DNA of 64,000 nucleotides, from the IMG/VR virus record IMGVR_UViG_2833436851_000001, positions 1-64,000 of that record; one strand, written 5' to 3'. The stretch is from a virus (Duplodnaviria > Caudoviricetes). This document shows positions 1-9,231 of this stretch, piece by piece. Both the position numbers and the translations under genes were made by a program. Every line of letters starts with the position of its first letter. The first letter of the stretch is position 1. The notes beneath the pieces were generated by a model, which had not been told where the DNA came from, did no database searches, and saw only the letters and a program-made list of their open reading frames with translations.

Positions 1-271
1 CGTATTGATATACGATTTGATTTTTTTGGGGGGGGGCGTCAGGGCAATTGGCAAATTATAGTTTATTACTCTTTACTATTTGATGAAGTATCACTGACAC
101 CCGTATTTCACCTCGCAGTCGGTTGCCCTCAATGATTTCTATAAAACAATCGAATTTGTTTTAGTTTACGTGGTTCTACGAAAACGATTTTCCGCATACC
201 CTTCGTCACGATATACTTCTTCAACATAGGCGAATAAAGCCTCATAATCGGTACTCGAATAATTAGATGGC

Positions 272-865
272 TCATTTAACGAATATATACTCCGAATACC
301 GTATTTCCGCATACGGATTGTCACTTGAAATGGTCTGATGAACGGCCTTTACCCGCCGCCAGAACCACCAGCCCTTATATTCCATCCACACCGCCTGGTG
401 TAGCGTAACCGGCACCCGTATCTCACCCCGCAGCCGGTTGTCCTCGATGATTCCTGTAAGCTGGATGTGCGGCGTGATCATCTCCACCCTCTGGCGCAGA
501 ATCGGCACTGTATCCCGCACAACCACTGTGTCCCGTATCACGGCATCTATCGGTCCGGCTACCTCGACCTCATGCCGTGCCGCCGCTTCGAGGTGTTTGA
601 TTTTCACCCCGAGCCGCCTGATTTTCTCAGCATCCTCGGCACGCAGCCGCTTGTATTCGTCCACCCGCAACCGCAGCGCGTTCACATCCACCGCCATCGT
701 CGTCGAATCCACCCGGATGCGCTTCATATCCGACAGCAACGCCTCGGTATTGCTCCGGTAGCGGTTGCGTTCCTCCTTGAGATAGCCGTTGCGCTGCCAT
801 AGAACTGCGACAGCCCCACCGAGCAACAGCACGGTGAGGCTCAGATACAGGGTACTCTTACGCAT
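272..865 (-). CDS. Membrane-anchored coiled-coil lysis protein (i-spanin-like)
   Basis: Start MRKSTLYLSLTVLLLGGAVAVLW gives an N-terminal TM helix followed by a coiled coil; lies downstream of the endolysin. Confidence 0.6.
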   Translation of the reverse strand: MRKSTLYLSLTVLLLGGAVAVLWQRNGYLKEERNRYRSNTEALLSDMKRIRVDSTTMAVDVNALRLRVDEYKRLRAEDAEKIRRLGVKIKHLEAAARHEVEVAGPIDAVIRDTVVVRDTVPILRQRVEMITPHIQLTGIIEDNRLRGEIRVPVTLHQAVWMEYKGWWFWRRVKAVHQTISSDNPYAEIRYSEYIFVK

Positions 866-1070
866 GGCAGACCGATTCGGCGGGGATGAACCACTCGTAT
901 TCCTCTTGGTACGGGTCTTTGAGAAACACCATATACCCCTTGCATCCGCGACGTTCGGGACCGGTGAGGTCTTCCGACACGACACCCGTTTTCCCGACCA
1001 GTTCCTCCAGCATCATCTCCGTAAGCTGGGACGATGCCACTATCTTCACTTTTGAATTTCTTGCAATCAT
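858..1070 (-). CDS. Hypothetical 70-aa protein
   Basis: MIARNSKVKIV...WFIPAESVCHA fills the gap between endolysin and spanin-like gene, overlapping the latter. Confidence 0.6.
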   Translation of the reverse strand: MIARNSKVKIVASSQLTEMMLEELVGKTGVVSEDLTGPERRGCKGYMVFLKDPYQEEYEWFIPAESVCHA

Positions 1071-1078
1071 AACGCTTT

Positions 1079-1552
1079 TTATTTGATGAATAGGATTTTG
1101 AATTCTTCTTCGCGTCGCCTCCGGATGGAGGGTACGGCTTTCCCTTTGTAGTGGCAGAATGCCGCATACTCGGAATAAATGTCCCGGTCTCCGGCTTCGA
1201 GCTTGCACACCAATCGGCTTTTCGGCCGTTTTTCGTACCCTAACAGCCGGTATTCACCCACATTGTAGGCCAACACGCCGAGCAACAGGGAGTCCGCTCC
1301 GAAACGGCGGAATACGGCGCATTTCTTTCTCAGGTCGGCACGCAATAACGAGTCCGCGAGTTTCTCGGTCATTGTCGGGAACGATTCGCCCGGCAGGAGT
1401 TTGTGCCCGTAACCGACATACGGGAGATGGCGGTGGTCGTGCATGCCTTCGTAATGTTTGATACAGGCCACGGCCGACTCGAAGCGTGCGTCTTGCGCCC
1501 GGATATGCCCGGCGGACAGGAGGAGCGCAACAGACAATATCCATCTGCTCAT
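1079..1552 (-). CDS. Endolysin, GH24 lysozyme-like, with N-terminal signal-peptide-like segment
   Basis: IKHYEG...YVGYGH, LAYNVG and RRREEE motifs typical of phage lysozymes; hydrophobic N-terminus ending AGHIRA-Q. Confidence 0.85.
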   Translation of the reverse strand: MSRWILSVALLLSAGHIRAQDARFESAVACIKHYEGMHDHRHLPYVGYGHKLLPGESFPTMTEKLADSLLRADLRKKCAVFRRFGADSLLLGVLAYNVGEYRLLGYEKRPKSRLVCKLEAGDRDIYSEYAAFCHYKGKAVPSIRRRREEEFKILFIK

Positions 1553-1839
1553 CGGTTGTGTTTTAAGAGTTCCTTGATGTCCTCCCGCATTTCCCGGATG
1601 TCAGTCTGCAAGGAGGTGAACTGGGTCATGGTGGCCTCGAAGACAGCCTTGTCGAGCTTGATGGCGTCGATGCGTTCGTACTGGTCCTGTACTTTCAGCT
1701 CCAGCGTCTGGCAGCGGCGTGTCAGTTCGTTGATATGCTCGGTGTTGCTGACATGCTGCACATAGAGGGTCACGACGAACGAGACGATGATGATAATCGT
1801 CCGAAAGTTGTCGCTGATGAAGTTTCTTACTTGTGTCAT
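1549..1839 (-). CDS. Holin/antiholin-like membrane protein
   Basis: One TM helix (TIIIIVSFVVTLYV) plus coiled coil, directly upstream of the endolysin with ATGA overlap. Confidence 0.55.
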   Translation of the reverse strand: MTQVRNFISDNFRTIIIIVSFVVTLYVQHVSNTEHINELTRRCQTLELKVQDQYERIDAIKLDKAVFEATMTQFTSLQTDIREMREDIKELLKHNR

Positions 1840-2012
1840 GATGGATTTTGTATTAAGATGGAAAAAGCATTCGTAATGGCCTCCATAAGCCGGGCGGCGA
1901 CCTCGGAGTCCCGTAGCAGACCGTATAACAACAGCCCGAGGATAACGAGGATGTAAATCACCCGTTCCGCCGTGCGGCGGCTGAACTTCGGTCGGTTCCT
2001 ATTTTCACTCAT
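1836..2012 (-). CDS. Small membrane protein (58 aa, holin-like); not in the ORF track
   Basis: Translated by hand: MSENRNRPKFSRRTAERVIYILVILGLLLYGLLRDSEVAARLMEAITNAFSILIQNPS; overlaps both neighbours. Confidence 0.6.
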   Translation of the reverse strand: MSENRNRPKFSRRTAERVIYILVILGLLLYGLLRDSEVAARLMEAITNAFSILIQNPS

Positions 2013-2529
2013 GGGGCGTGGATTGCGGTACGATGACGTTGAAGACTACGCCGCCCTCACCGCCGTCGATACGGAGTTTGGTTTCCTGCGAGCACTTGAT
2101 GGGATAAAGCTCCATGAGGGCTTTGGCGGCATTGACGGCTACGGCACGCAACGGTGCCGGGGAAAGCGGCACGCCGAATTTGTCGGTGTACTCGGCCGAG
2201 GAGGTTTCGCTCATCACCGCTTTGAGTGTCTCGGCCACCTGCAACCGGGTGGCGATGGTCTCGACGTCGAACTGCACACTGTCAATCATCTCCCGAATAC
2301 GGGCCGAGATATGCGGACGCCCCAGCAGCAGACGGCTGGCGATGGGTACGTTCTTGCCCTTGCCGAACACCTCCTCGTAACACTTGCGGTGGTTGCCGGC
2401 ATAGAGCGGACCGCCGGAGACGTACAGCTCGCAGAACTTGTCTTCCTCTTCGGTCAGCGGCTTGTCCGCCAAAGGGACAGGCACCGCCGGCAGCACCTCG
2501 TTCGTCTTATCGCTATCTTTCTTTTTCAT
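2005..2529 (-). CDS. Probable terminase small subunit
   Basis: LTEEEDKFCELYV...ASRLLLGRPHISARIREM resembles the TerS HTH; AAKALMELY C-terminal motif; preceded by the phage promoter motif. Confidence 0.6.
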   Translation of the reverse strand: MKKKDSDKTNEVLPAVPVPLADKPLTEEEDKFCELYVSGGPLYAGNHRKCYEEVFGKGKNVPIASRLLLGRPHISARIREMIDSVQFDVETIATRLQVAETLKAVMSETSSAEYTDKFGVPLSPAPLRAVAVNAAKALMELYPIKCSQETKLRIDGGEGGVVFNVIVPQSTPHE

Positions 2530-2558
2530 CACATTGTCGTTTGAAAAAGAATAGAGAA

Positions 2559-2825
2559 TTACGGCTTCGGCGGTTGAATAAAATCCGCCTTTCTGGAGAT
2601 AAGCTGCTCCATCAGTGTCTGGTAAAACACATCGGCCAGCGCGTCGGCACACGCTTCGGCATCTGCCAGCGAGTTGATGAGCCGCATGTTGAACATCACG
2701 TTCAGGTCATACCCCGTAATGGCGGCCATCAGCTCGTTGCCGTCGTAGTTCAGTATCCCGTAGGTCATGCGGTCTTCCACCCGGAACGTGACCCGTTCTA
2801 TCTTGTCTCCTTTCTTCTCTTCCAT
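2559..2825 (-). CDS. Hypothetical protein
   Basis: 88-aa ORF in operon order. Confidence 0.6.
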   Translation of the reverse strand: MEEKKGDKIERVTFRVEDRMTYGILNYDGNELMAAITGYDLNVMFNMRLINSLADAEACADALADVFYQTLMEQLISRKADFIQPPKP

Positions 2826-2829
2826 AACT

Positions 2830-3603
2830 TCAGATTTTGAAATGGTTCCTCATCTTCGGTGTCCGCTGCTGCGAAATATCCGTATCCCCGTTCTGCCGCA
2901 GACGGCGGCTGCACAGAGCGGCCACTTCCCGTGTGGCCGTCACATCGGCATCGGCATCGTGGGCATCGTCCAGTTCGATGCCGAGACGTTCGGCCACCAG
3001 CTCCAGCTTGTAGGACGTGACCTGCGGATCGGCGGCTAAACAGAGCCGTGCCAGGTCGATGGTGTCTAAGTAATGAGGCTGGAAGTTCCCGTAAAAATCC
3101 GTCGTGCCGGCGAATACCTGCGCGAACTCTTTCTGTAACCCGGCATAAGCCATCATCTGTTGGAGAAAGCCCACGTCGAACGGGATGTTCTGCCCGATAA
3201 GCACGGGCTTGTAACGGACGCCCTTGCACAGGGTATGTTTGCGGGCGAAGTCGATGACATCCGCCGCCACCTGTTTCAAGAGGATGCCCCGTGTCCGCAG
3301 TAGGTCCATCGTGATGTCGGTGTAGTTCAGCGCGGCGGCCTCGTAGTTCATCGATTCGGAGGTGCTCTCCTGTTCGATCTCCCGACGTGTCTTGAGCACT
3401 TTGCGTTTGGGTGCCCCGCCCAAAGGCTGCTTGTCGTAAGGGGCGATATAGTTCGCATAGCGTCCCAGCACCTCGAAGGTGTCGAGCCGCACGGCCTGCA
3501 TGGCGATCTGCGTGCAGGCGCAGCGCGTGCAGTCCAGACCGCCGGTCTCGAAGTCGAGCACGACGGCCGTATAGATTCCTTGTTCTGTCTTGGGTGTTGC
3601 CAT
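2830..3603 (-). CDS. DEDDh 3'-5' exonuclease (DnaQ/epsilon-like proofreader)
   Basis: VLDFETGG (Exo I), GQNIPFDVGFL (Exo II), AHDADADV (Exo III); directly after dnaE. Confidence 0.9.
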   Translation of the reverse strand: MATPKTEQGIYTAVVLDFETGGLDCTRCACTQIAMQAVRLDTFEVLGRYANYIAPYDKQPLGGAPKRKVLKTRREIEQESTSESMNYEAAALNYTDITMDLLRTRGILLKQVAADVIDFARKHTLCKGVRYKPVLIGQNIPFDVGFLQQMMAYAGLQKEFAQVFAGTTDFYGNFQPHYLDTIDLARLCLAADPQVTSYKLELVAERLGIELDDAHDADADVTATREVAALCSRRLRQNGDTDISQQRTPKMRNHFKI

Positions 3604-3624
3604 ATTATCCGAATAAGTTGATTC

Positions 3625-5802
3625 TCATACGATATGAATGATAGTCGATTTGGTGCTTTGGAGGTTGTTTGTGCCGGAATAGTCGCTGTACTTGACCATC
3701 CCCGACACGATGACGATACGGTCTTTCAGTGCGGAGATTTCCTCCCGATGGGCTTCGCAGGTCTCGCTCCAGCAGACCATCTCCGCCACGTCGTTATTCT
3801 GCTGGAGCGTCAGCTTGATAAACCGCTTGCGTTCGCCGCTCGTCCGGTCTTTGTACGTGTGCTCGGACAGCTCCGTGACGGAGGCGCATACGGCGGCACG
3901 CCGTCCGTCGCTGGCCGGGTCGAGCACGTCGTGCAGACTCAGGTAGGAGGCTTTGCCTTTCACGAGCGCACGGGCTTCGGATGCCTCGAAGATGCGGCGG
4001 TAGTCCACCGAACCGATGCCCGACACGGCAATCTGCTGGCGGCTCCAAAAGTAATGCCGCCCGACCAGCTCCTCGGGGAAGTCTTTCTCCGAAAGCGTGA
4101 AGCCTAATTCTGCCGCTGCACGGGCAAGCAGACCGTAACGCTCCGTCACCGTACCGATACCTTCCACCTTGTCGAAGCATCCAGACAGAATCATGTTCCG
4201 CACATGCCGGGCATTGACCGGTACCCGCACGGATTCTTCAGCATTGTCGGGGTCGTCCCAGTAGGCGTATTTCTTCAATTTGTACCGGAATATCCGGTGG
4301 ATGAAGTGCTCGATGGAGGTGTAAGGACCGTTTTTCTCGCGTTCCTCGACGATGCAGGCAACGGCTTTGGCTCCGAGCTGTTTGATGCGGCCGAGTGACC
4401 AGAAGATTTCATCCGTGCCGTAGTCGGTGAAGAATACCTGCCGGGAGGTGTTGATTTCGGGCGGCACGATGCGGGCTTTCGAGCAGAGCTCCATCTCGGA
4501 CATCAGCAACGGGATTTCTTTGTCGTCGGCCCACTGCAATGCCACGGTGTAGAACGCTGTCGGATAGTTGGCTTTGAGATAGGCTCCCACGTAGCTGGTG
4601 ACGGCATAAGCGGTGGCATGGCTGGCATTGAACAGGTAACCGCCGCCGGCTTCGATCATTTCCCAGATGTGTTCCGCATCTTCTTTGGGACACCCTTTGG
4701 CGGCAGCTCCCGTCATGAACTTCTCCTTCATGGCGCGGATGACATCGATTTTCTTTTTGGAGATGAGTTTCAGCAGCCGCACGCCCTCGGCCAGCGAGAA
4801 ACCGCCGACTTCACGCGCCATCTGGGCGAGCTGTTCCTGAAAGACCAGTACGCCGTAAGTGTTTTTCAAGGCATCGTAGGTTCCCCACAAATAAACGGGG
4901 GCCACTTCCTCACGGCGGCAGAGCAGGTATTTTTCGGCCGAACCGGAATCGAGCGTCGCCGGACGGTACAACGCTCCGGCGGCAATCAGGTCGCCGATGC
5001 ACTGCGGCCGCATGTCTTGCAGGAAGCGGGTCATGCCCGGCGAGGAGAACTGGAAGACGTTCTGCGTGTAGCCCTCCGACAGGATACGGAAGGTCTTCTC
5101 GTCGTCCAAGCCGCTGCGCACGATACCCTCGAAGGAGAGCCCCGCACCGTATTCCCGGTTGCAGATGTCGATGACCGCCTGTATTTTCGACAGCTCCTTG
5201 ATGCCGAGACAGTCGTTTTTCAGCAACCCGACCTCGTCGATGGAGTATCCGTCCAGCTCGGAAATGAGCAGGTCGTCCACTTTCTTGATGGGCGTGTAGT
5301 CGAAGCACTCCATCGGCTCGCCGTCCTGCTGCTTGGGCGTGATGATGATGGCCGAGGCATGGACGGAACCGGAACGGGGCTGACCCATAAGCGGCCGAAT
5401 GTCCTCGATGACCCTCGGGTACCGTAGGATGAAGTCCCGGACTTTCTTGTTGGTGGCGGCCAACTTGAACAGGTCGGTCCAGGTCATGTTGTCGTCCCCG
5501 AAGATGGCCGTGATGTAGTTCACCACACTGACCGGCACACGGTGTACGCGGCTGACATCTTTCAGCACGGCTTTCATTTTGAGGGTCGTGAGCGTACCGG
5601 CGGAGAAGACCTGCTGTCGCCCGTCGGTGTTGTACCGACGCTCCAAATACTCCTTGACCTCCTGCCGGCGGTCGGACTGGAAGTCGATGTCCACGTCGCT
5701 CATGGTTTTACCGGAACCTTGAAGATAACCGTCACCGACCTCACAATCATACGCTTTTACAATGTGCCGGGATTCAATCTTCCTTATTGATTCTATTTTC
5801 AT
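3625..5802 (-). CDS. dnaE: DNA polymerase III alpha, C-terminal part (palm DxD, thumb, fingers, HhH, OB), with an intein-C-like N-terminal peptide
   Basis: SDVDIDF, HASAIII, KNDCLGI, VFQF, LYRP, FQEQ, FNASHATAY. Confidence 0.92.
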   Translation of the reverse strand: MKIESIRKIESRHIVKAYDCEVGDGYLQGSGKTMSDVDIDFQSDRRQEVKEYLERRYNTDGRQQVFSAGTLTTLKMKAVLKDVSRVHRVPVSVVNYITAIFGDDNMTWTDLFKLAATNKKVRDFILRYPRVIEDIRPLMGQPRSGSVHASAIIITPKQQDGEPMECFDYTPIKKVDDLLISELDGYSIDEVGLLKNDCLGIKELSKIQAVIDICNREYGAGLSFEGIVRSGLDDEKTFRILSEGYTQNVFQFSSPGMTRFLQDMRPQCIGDLIAAGALYRPATLDSGSAEKYLLCRREEVAPVYLWGTYDALKNTYGVLVFQEQLAQMAREVGGFSLAEGVRLLKLISKKKIDVIRAMKEKFMTGAAAKGCPKEDAEHIWEMIEAGGGYLFNASHATAYAVTSYVGAYLKANYPTAFYTVALQWADDKEIPLLMSEMELCSKARIVPPEINTSRQVFFTDYGTDEIFWSLGRIKQLGAKAVACIVEEREKNGPYTSIEHFIHRIFRYKLKKYAYWDDPDNAEESVRVPVNARHVRNMILSGCFDKVEGIGTVTERYGLLARAAAELGFTLSEKDFPEELVGRHYFWSRQQIAVSGIGSVDYRRIFEASEARALVKGKASYLSLHDVLDPASDGRRAAVCASVTELSEHTYKDRTSGERKRFIKLTLQQNNDVAEMVCWSETCEAHREEISALKDRIVIVSGMVKYSDYSGTNNLQSTKSTIIHIV

Positions 5803-6338
5803 CGGACGTAGGTTTTATTGTTCACGATGTTGCATATTGCCTGTTTGCACACGCCGAACATACCGGCCAGTTCGACTTGGCGGATACCCCACAGATAGTG
5901 TAATAACCGAATTTGACAAGCCTCCTCGTTTGTTAATTTCGCGTGGGCATGGTTCTCACCGTAATCTCTTTTCAGATTCTGTTCTATGGCATGTCGATAG
6001 TTTTCTTTCCGCGTGCACATTTCGAGATTATCGGCTCTGTTGTTCAGTTTATTGCCGTCTTTATGATTGACTTCCAGGACTGAATTCCAATCCGGTAAAA
6101 AAGCACTGGCGACAAGCCGGTGAATCAGAAAGTGTCTGGTGTTGTTTCGTGTACTTAATTGTACCTGAAAATAAGGGGATGTTCTGCCTTGAGCGGGAGT
6201 CAGGATATGGCCTTTGAGCAGACGTTCTTTTCTATTCTGCACGAGCACTATCCTGTCCAGGCTTCGTACTTGCCCGAAATTACTGACTTGATAACACTTT
6301 TCGTAACCGGGTATATCTTTCCATATTTCATCTTCCAT
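5799..6338 (-). CDS. NUMOD4-HNH homing endonuclease (free-standing, between the dnaE halves)
   Basis: True start MEDEIWKDIPGYEKCYQVSNFGQVRS (NUMOD4); HRLVASAF...VNHKDGNKLNNRADNLE (HNH); C-terminal HTH. Confidence 0.9.
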   Translation of the reverse strand: MEDEIWKDIPGYEKCYQVSNFGQVRSLDRIVLVQNRKERLLKGHILTPAQGRTSPYFQVQLSTRNNTRHFLIHRLVASAFLPDWNSVLEVNHKDGNKLNNRADNLEMCTRKENYRHAIEQNLKRDYGENHAHAKLTNEEACQIRLLHYLWGIRQVELAGMFGVCKQAICNIVNNKTYVR

Positions 6339-8052
6339 ATCGCATATCTTTGTTGATTTCAAATAGTAAATCCCGATTGTCGAACAGGATATCATCCCCC
6401 TCCCGAAGCTCATCGGCATAGACCTCGATCTGTTTTTCGCCACGGCGTACCGCCAACCGGGCATCGCGGTCAAAAAGCACTGTCTGACCATTACTCAAAC
6501 ATAGTTTCACGTAGCTCGTAGATGCAATCGTTCCGACAAGTTTGGTCGCTTTGGCCGGATAGAGCCCGGCACGCTCGGGCAGCAGGAAACGCTCGAAGAG
6601 CAGGTTGTACCGGATGGGGTCGATAAGCGTGATACCCAACAGGTACAAAGCCAGACAACCTCCTGCCGAACCGCGCCCGCACCCCACAAGAATACCGTTG
6701 CGACGTGCCCAGTTTACCGTATCGTACTGCACGAGCATGTAGTCAATGTTATCTGTAGATTCGAGAATGTAGATCTCTTTATCGAGTCGCTTCCTGTACT
6801 TGTCCTTTTGTTCGGCGGGTACCAGTTTGGAAAAACCCTCTTCGAGCAGGGAAAGGAACATCGTATGCGTATCGCCGTAACGCTGCCGCTCCTCCGCCGT
6901 CATGTCGTAGCGGGGCATGTAGTTCCGCTCGGTCTGGTAACGGGCTTCGGCACCCTCGGCAATCTCCACCGTGTGGCGGCACATCCGCTCGAAGAGCGCG
7001 TCCGTGTTCCACCGCTCGCCGTCGAAAAGCGCACGGACGGCGGTATAGTGCTCGTCGATGTCTTTGAAGTATTGGTCGTCGCTCTGGGCATGGGCGGCAC
7101 CCGTGGCGATTTTGTTGAGCACGGTTTTCGTGCGGGCGTCGTCCTTGTCCGGATAGTAGCAGTCGGCGATGAGTATCGGCTCCACTAAGAAACTGTCGTT
7201 CTTCTCGTCGTAGAAGGTGTGGAAGAAATGGGCGGCAGCCTTCAGCACCTCGGCGTCCAGCCGCTCGGCCTTGTACTCCGACAAATCCACCTGGTAGAAC
7301 ACCTTATCGAAGGTGTCTTTAATGGCCTTGACCACATGCAGATTCTTTTCCATCCAGCACGGCGAGAGCTTGCCGAACACCAGCACGTTCCCTTCGCCCC
7401 GGCGGAGCAGTTCGGGAAGCGGGACGGTCGCGTCCGCAGCATCCACCATGACGGCTTTCTGGATGCGCAACAGGTTCCTGAGTCCGCGCTGGCTCTGACA
7501 GTAGATTTTCACCTCCACTTTCTCGCCCTCATGCGCCAGCGTGCAGGTGTATCCGATGACGGGACGGATGCCGGCCTTGTCGCAGGCTTTCTGCAACGCC
7601 AACGTCGCACCCATCGTGTTCCGGTCGCAGATGCCGAGGGCGGTATGGCCCATCCACACGGCTTTCCGTACCCACTGCGACACATCACCCGAGGCATTTA
7701 GCAGTTCATAAGGGGTATGGACACCTAAGTTCACGAACGGGGTTTTCTGCTTGCAGGGAACCCGCCGCCCCACGTATTTGAGGATGTTCAACCCGAAGCC
7801 CTCCCGGAGGGAGTAGTAGTACCAGTTGTCCCCGAACGGGAAGACGACGTATTCGATGCCCTCGGACAGCAGCACCTCCGGATGTTCCATCAGGTTGAAT
7901 TCCACCTCTGCGCCTCGCACACGGAAAATCGACTCCACCCCGGAAAGGTCCGCGAGGAACAGTTTGCCGAGCCCTTCAATTTCGACCACTTCACGGTCTA
8001 TGGGCCGGTAAGCGATGCGGTGCGCTTTCAGCCATTCATGTAATTCGTTCAT
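6328..8052 (-). CDS. dnaE: DNA polymerase III alpha, N-terminal part (PHP domain and start of palm), with an intein-N-like C-terminal tail
   Basis: NLGVHTPYELLN, ICDRN, GCGRGSAGGCL, LLFERFLLPER. Confidence 0.92.
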   Translation of the reverse strand: MNELHEWLKAHRIAYRPIDREVVEIEGLGKLFLADLSGVESIFRVRGAEVEFNLMEHPEVLLSEGIEYVVFPFGDNWYYYSLREGFGLNILKYVGRRVPCKQKTPFVNLGVHTPYELLNASGDVSQWVRKAVWMGHTALGICDRNTMGATLALQKACDKAGIRPVIGYTCTLAHEGEKVEVKIYCQSQRGLRNLLRIQKAVMVDAADATVPLPELLRRGEGNVLVFGKLSPCWMEKNLHVVKAIKDTFDKVFYQVDLSEYKAERLDAEVLKAAAHFFHTFYDEKNDSFLVEPILIADCYYPDKDDARTKTVLNKIATGAAHAQSDDQYFKDIDEHYTAVRALFDGERWNTDALFERMCRHTVEIAEGAEARYQTERNYMPRYDMTAEERQRYGDTHTMFLSLLEEGFSKLVPAEQKDKYRKRLDKEIYILESTDNIDYMLVQYDTVNWARRNGILVGCGRGSAGGCLALYLLGITLIDPIRYNLLFERFLLPERAGLYPAKATKLVGTIASTSYVKLCLSNGQTVLFDRDARLAVRRGEKQIEVYADELREGDDILFDNRDLLFEINKDMRYGR

Positions 8053-8053
8053 G

Positions 8054-9091
8054 CTATTTCTGTTGTATTTTGGTGAGTTGATATTCGACAGGCGTTTTCA
8101 ACCCGTAGGCGAAAACACGGTAAATCTCTTCCGCCGTCAGGTCTTCCCAGTCTTTCTCCGGATCGGGAATGTCCGCCACGAAGACCTCGAAATAGGCGGA
8201 GAGCTCCGAGGCGGTGTGTTTGACGGCTTCCACGGCATCTCCGTCGTAGCCGATGACCACCATGCGGACGCCTTTTGTCTGGAGTTTGTAAATCTGGGTA
8301 CGGGATATTTTCTTTCCGAAGGTGGCAACGGCGACGATACGGCGGTTGTCGTACAGGTCTAATTTGCGGGTCAGGGCGACCACATCGAAGATGCCTTCGG
8401 TCAGGATGACCGTATCGGTCTCACCCTCCACGATGCCGTCGTAATGATAGAGCAGCTTCACGAAGTCGTTCTCGGTGGAGTTGCGCCAGCGCAGCATCTT
8501 GTACTCCCCGTTGCGTGCGGCACGACGGTTATGGAGGTCGATTTCCTCCTTGCTCCACGTATGGCGGGCCACGTAACCCACCGTGTCGCCCTCGTCGATG
8601 ACGGGAAAGATTACGTAGTCGTCCCAACGGCGGTTCAGCCGGCAGGTAGTGCCCACCGGAAAGCGGTCGTAATCGTCGTAGGTAAATCCCCGGCTTTGCA
8701 GATAAGGATGGGTAAAGGTACGCCGCCAGTATTCCGGAAGGGATACGATGCCCAACTCGTCATCGACCTCGTCCTCTGCATCCTCCAACGGAAACAGTGC
8801 ATTGGGAAGCGGCTCGTCGAATGCCACCGTTTCCGTCGGCAGCAGGTCCATCCGGCCGAGGCTTTCGAGCAGCTTTCCCAAAGTGGTGGTCGAGCGTCCG
8901 CACGAGAAGCAGTGCGCCATGAAAGGTTTCTTGCGCACCGTCTCCTTGCCGATATAGACCCCGAATTTTCCGTCCTTGCCACAGAACGGACACCGCGCGA
9001 TGAGGTTCTTCCCACCGCCGTCCGTCCGCGCCCCAAGCTCCGCCCGGAGCTCGGCCACCAACAAATCATATTCTTTCCCTGTGATGTACAT
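8054..9091 (-). CDS. DNA primase (Zn finger plus TOPRIM)
   Basis: CPFC...CFSC zinc finger; LTEGIFDV and GYDGDA TOPRIM motifs. Confidence 0.88.
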   Translation of the reverse strand: MYITGKEYDLLVAELRAELGARTDGGGKNLIARCPFCGKDGKFGVYIGKETVRKKPFMAHCFSCGRSTTTLGKLLESLGRMDLLPTETVAFDEPLPNALFPLEDAEDEVDDELGIVSLPEYWRRTFTHPYLQSRGFTYDDYDRFPVGTTCRLNRRWDDYVIFPVIDEGDTVGYVARHTWSKEEIDLHNRRAARNGEYKMLRWRNSTENDFVKLLYHYDGIVEGETDTVILTEGIFDVVALTRKLDLYDNRRIVAVATFGKKISRTQIYKLQTKGVRMVVIGYDGDAVEAVKHTASELSAYFEVFVADIPDPEKDWEDLTAEEIYRVFAYGLKTPVEYQLTKIQQK

Positions 9092-9186
9092 ATAAAGAAA
9101 TAGCCCGCCTTATCATGAAATGGTTATTAAAAATGATTTTAGTGAGAAACTTTTTAGAAAACACAGGGAAAGAATAAGCAATAGTG

Positions 9187-9194
9187 TACTTTTG
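9187..9194 (+). promoter_or_regulatory. Bacteroidota primary-sigma -7 element
   Basis: TACTTTTG matches TAnnTTTG, 37 nt upstream of the 9232 ATG. Confidence 0.6.
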
Positions 9195-9231
9195 CAGATA
9201 ATGTAATATATTTATAGAAAAAACAGAGATT

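Noticed and set aside
1-271. AT-rich window edge with a T7G9 homopolymer run (21-36), possibly a phase-variable tract or another cargo slot
   Set aside because: Truncated by the window; no ORF could be assigned with confidence and the run could be a sequencing artefact
4590-4640. Canonical cyanobacterial-type DnaE split-intein site
   Set aside because: The FNASH motif is continuous here; the break is elsewhere
5799-6491. Group I intron interpretation of the dnaE interruption, and the 230-aa ORF call
   Set aside because: The ORFs overlap at both junctions, leaving no space for a ribozyme core; the NUMOD4 domain begins at Met 6338
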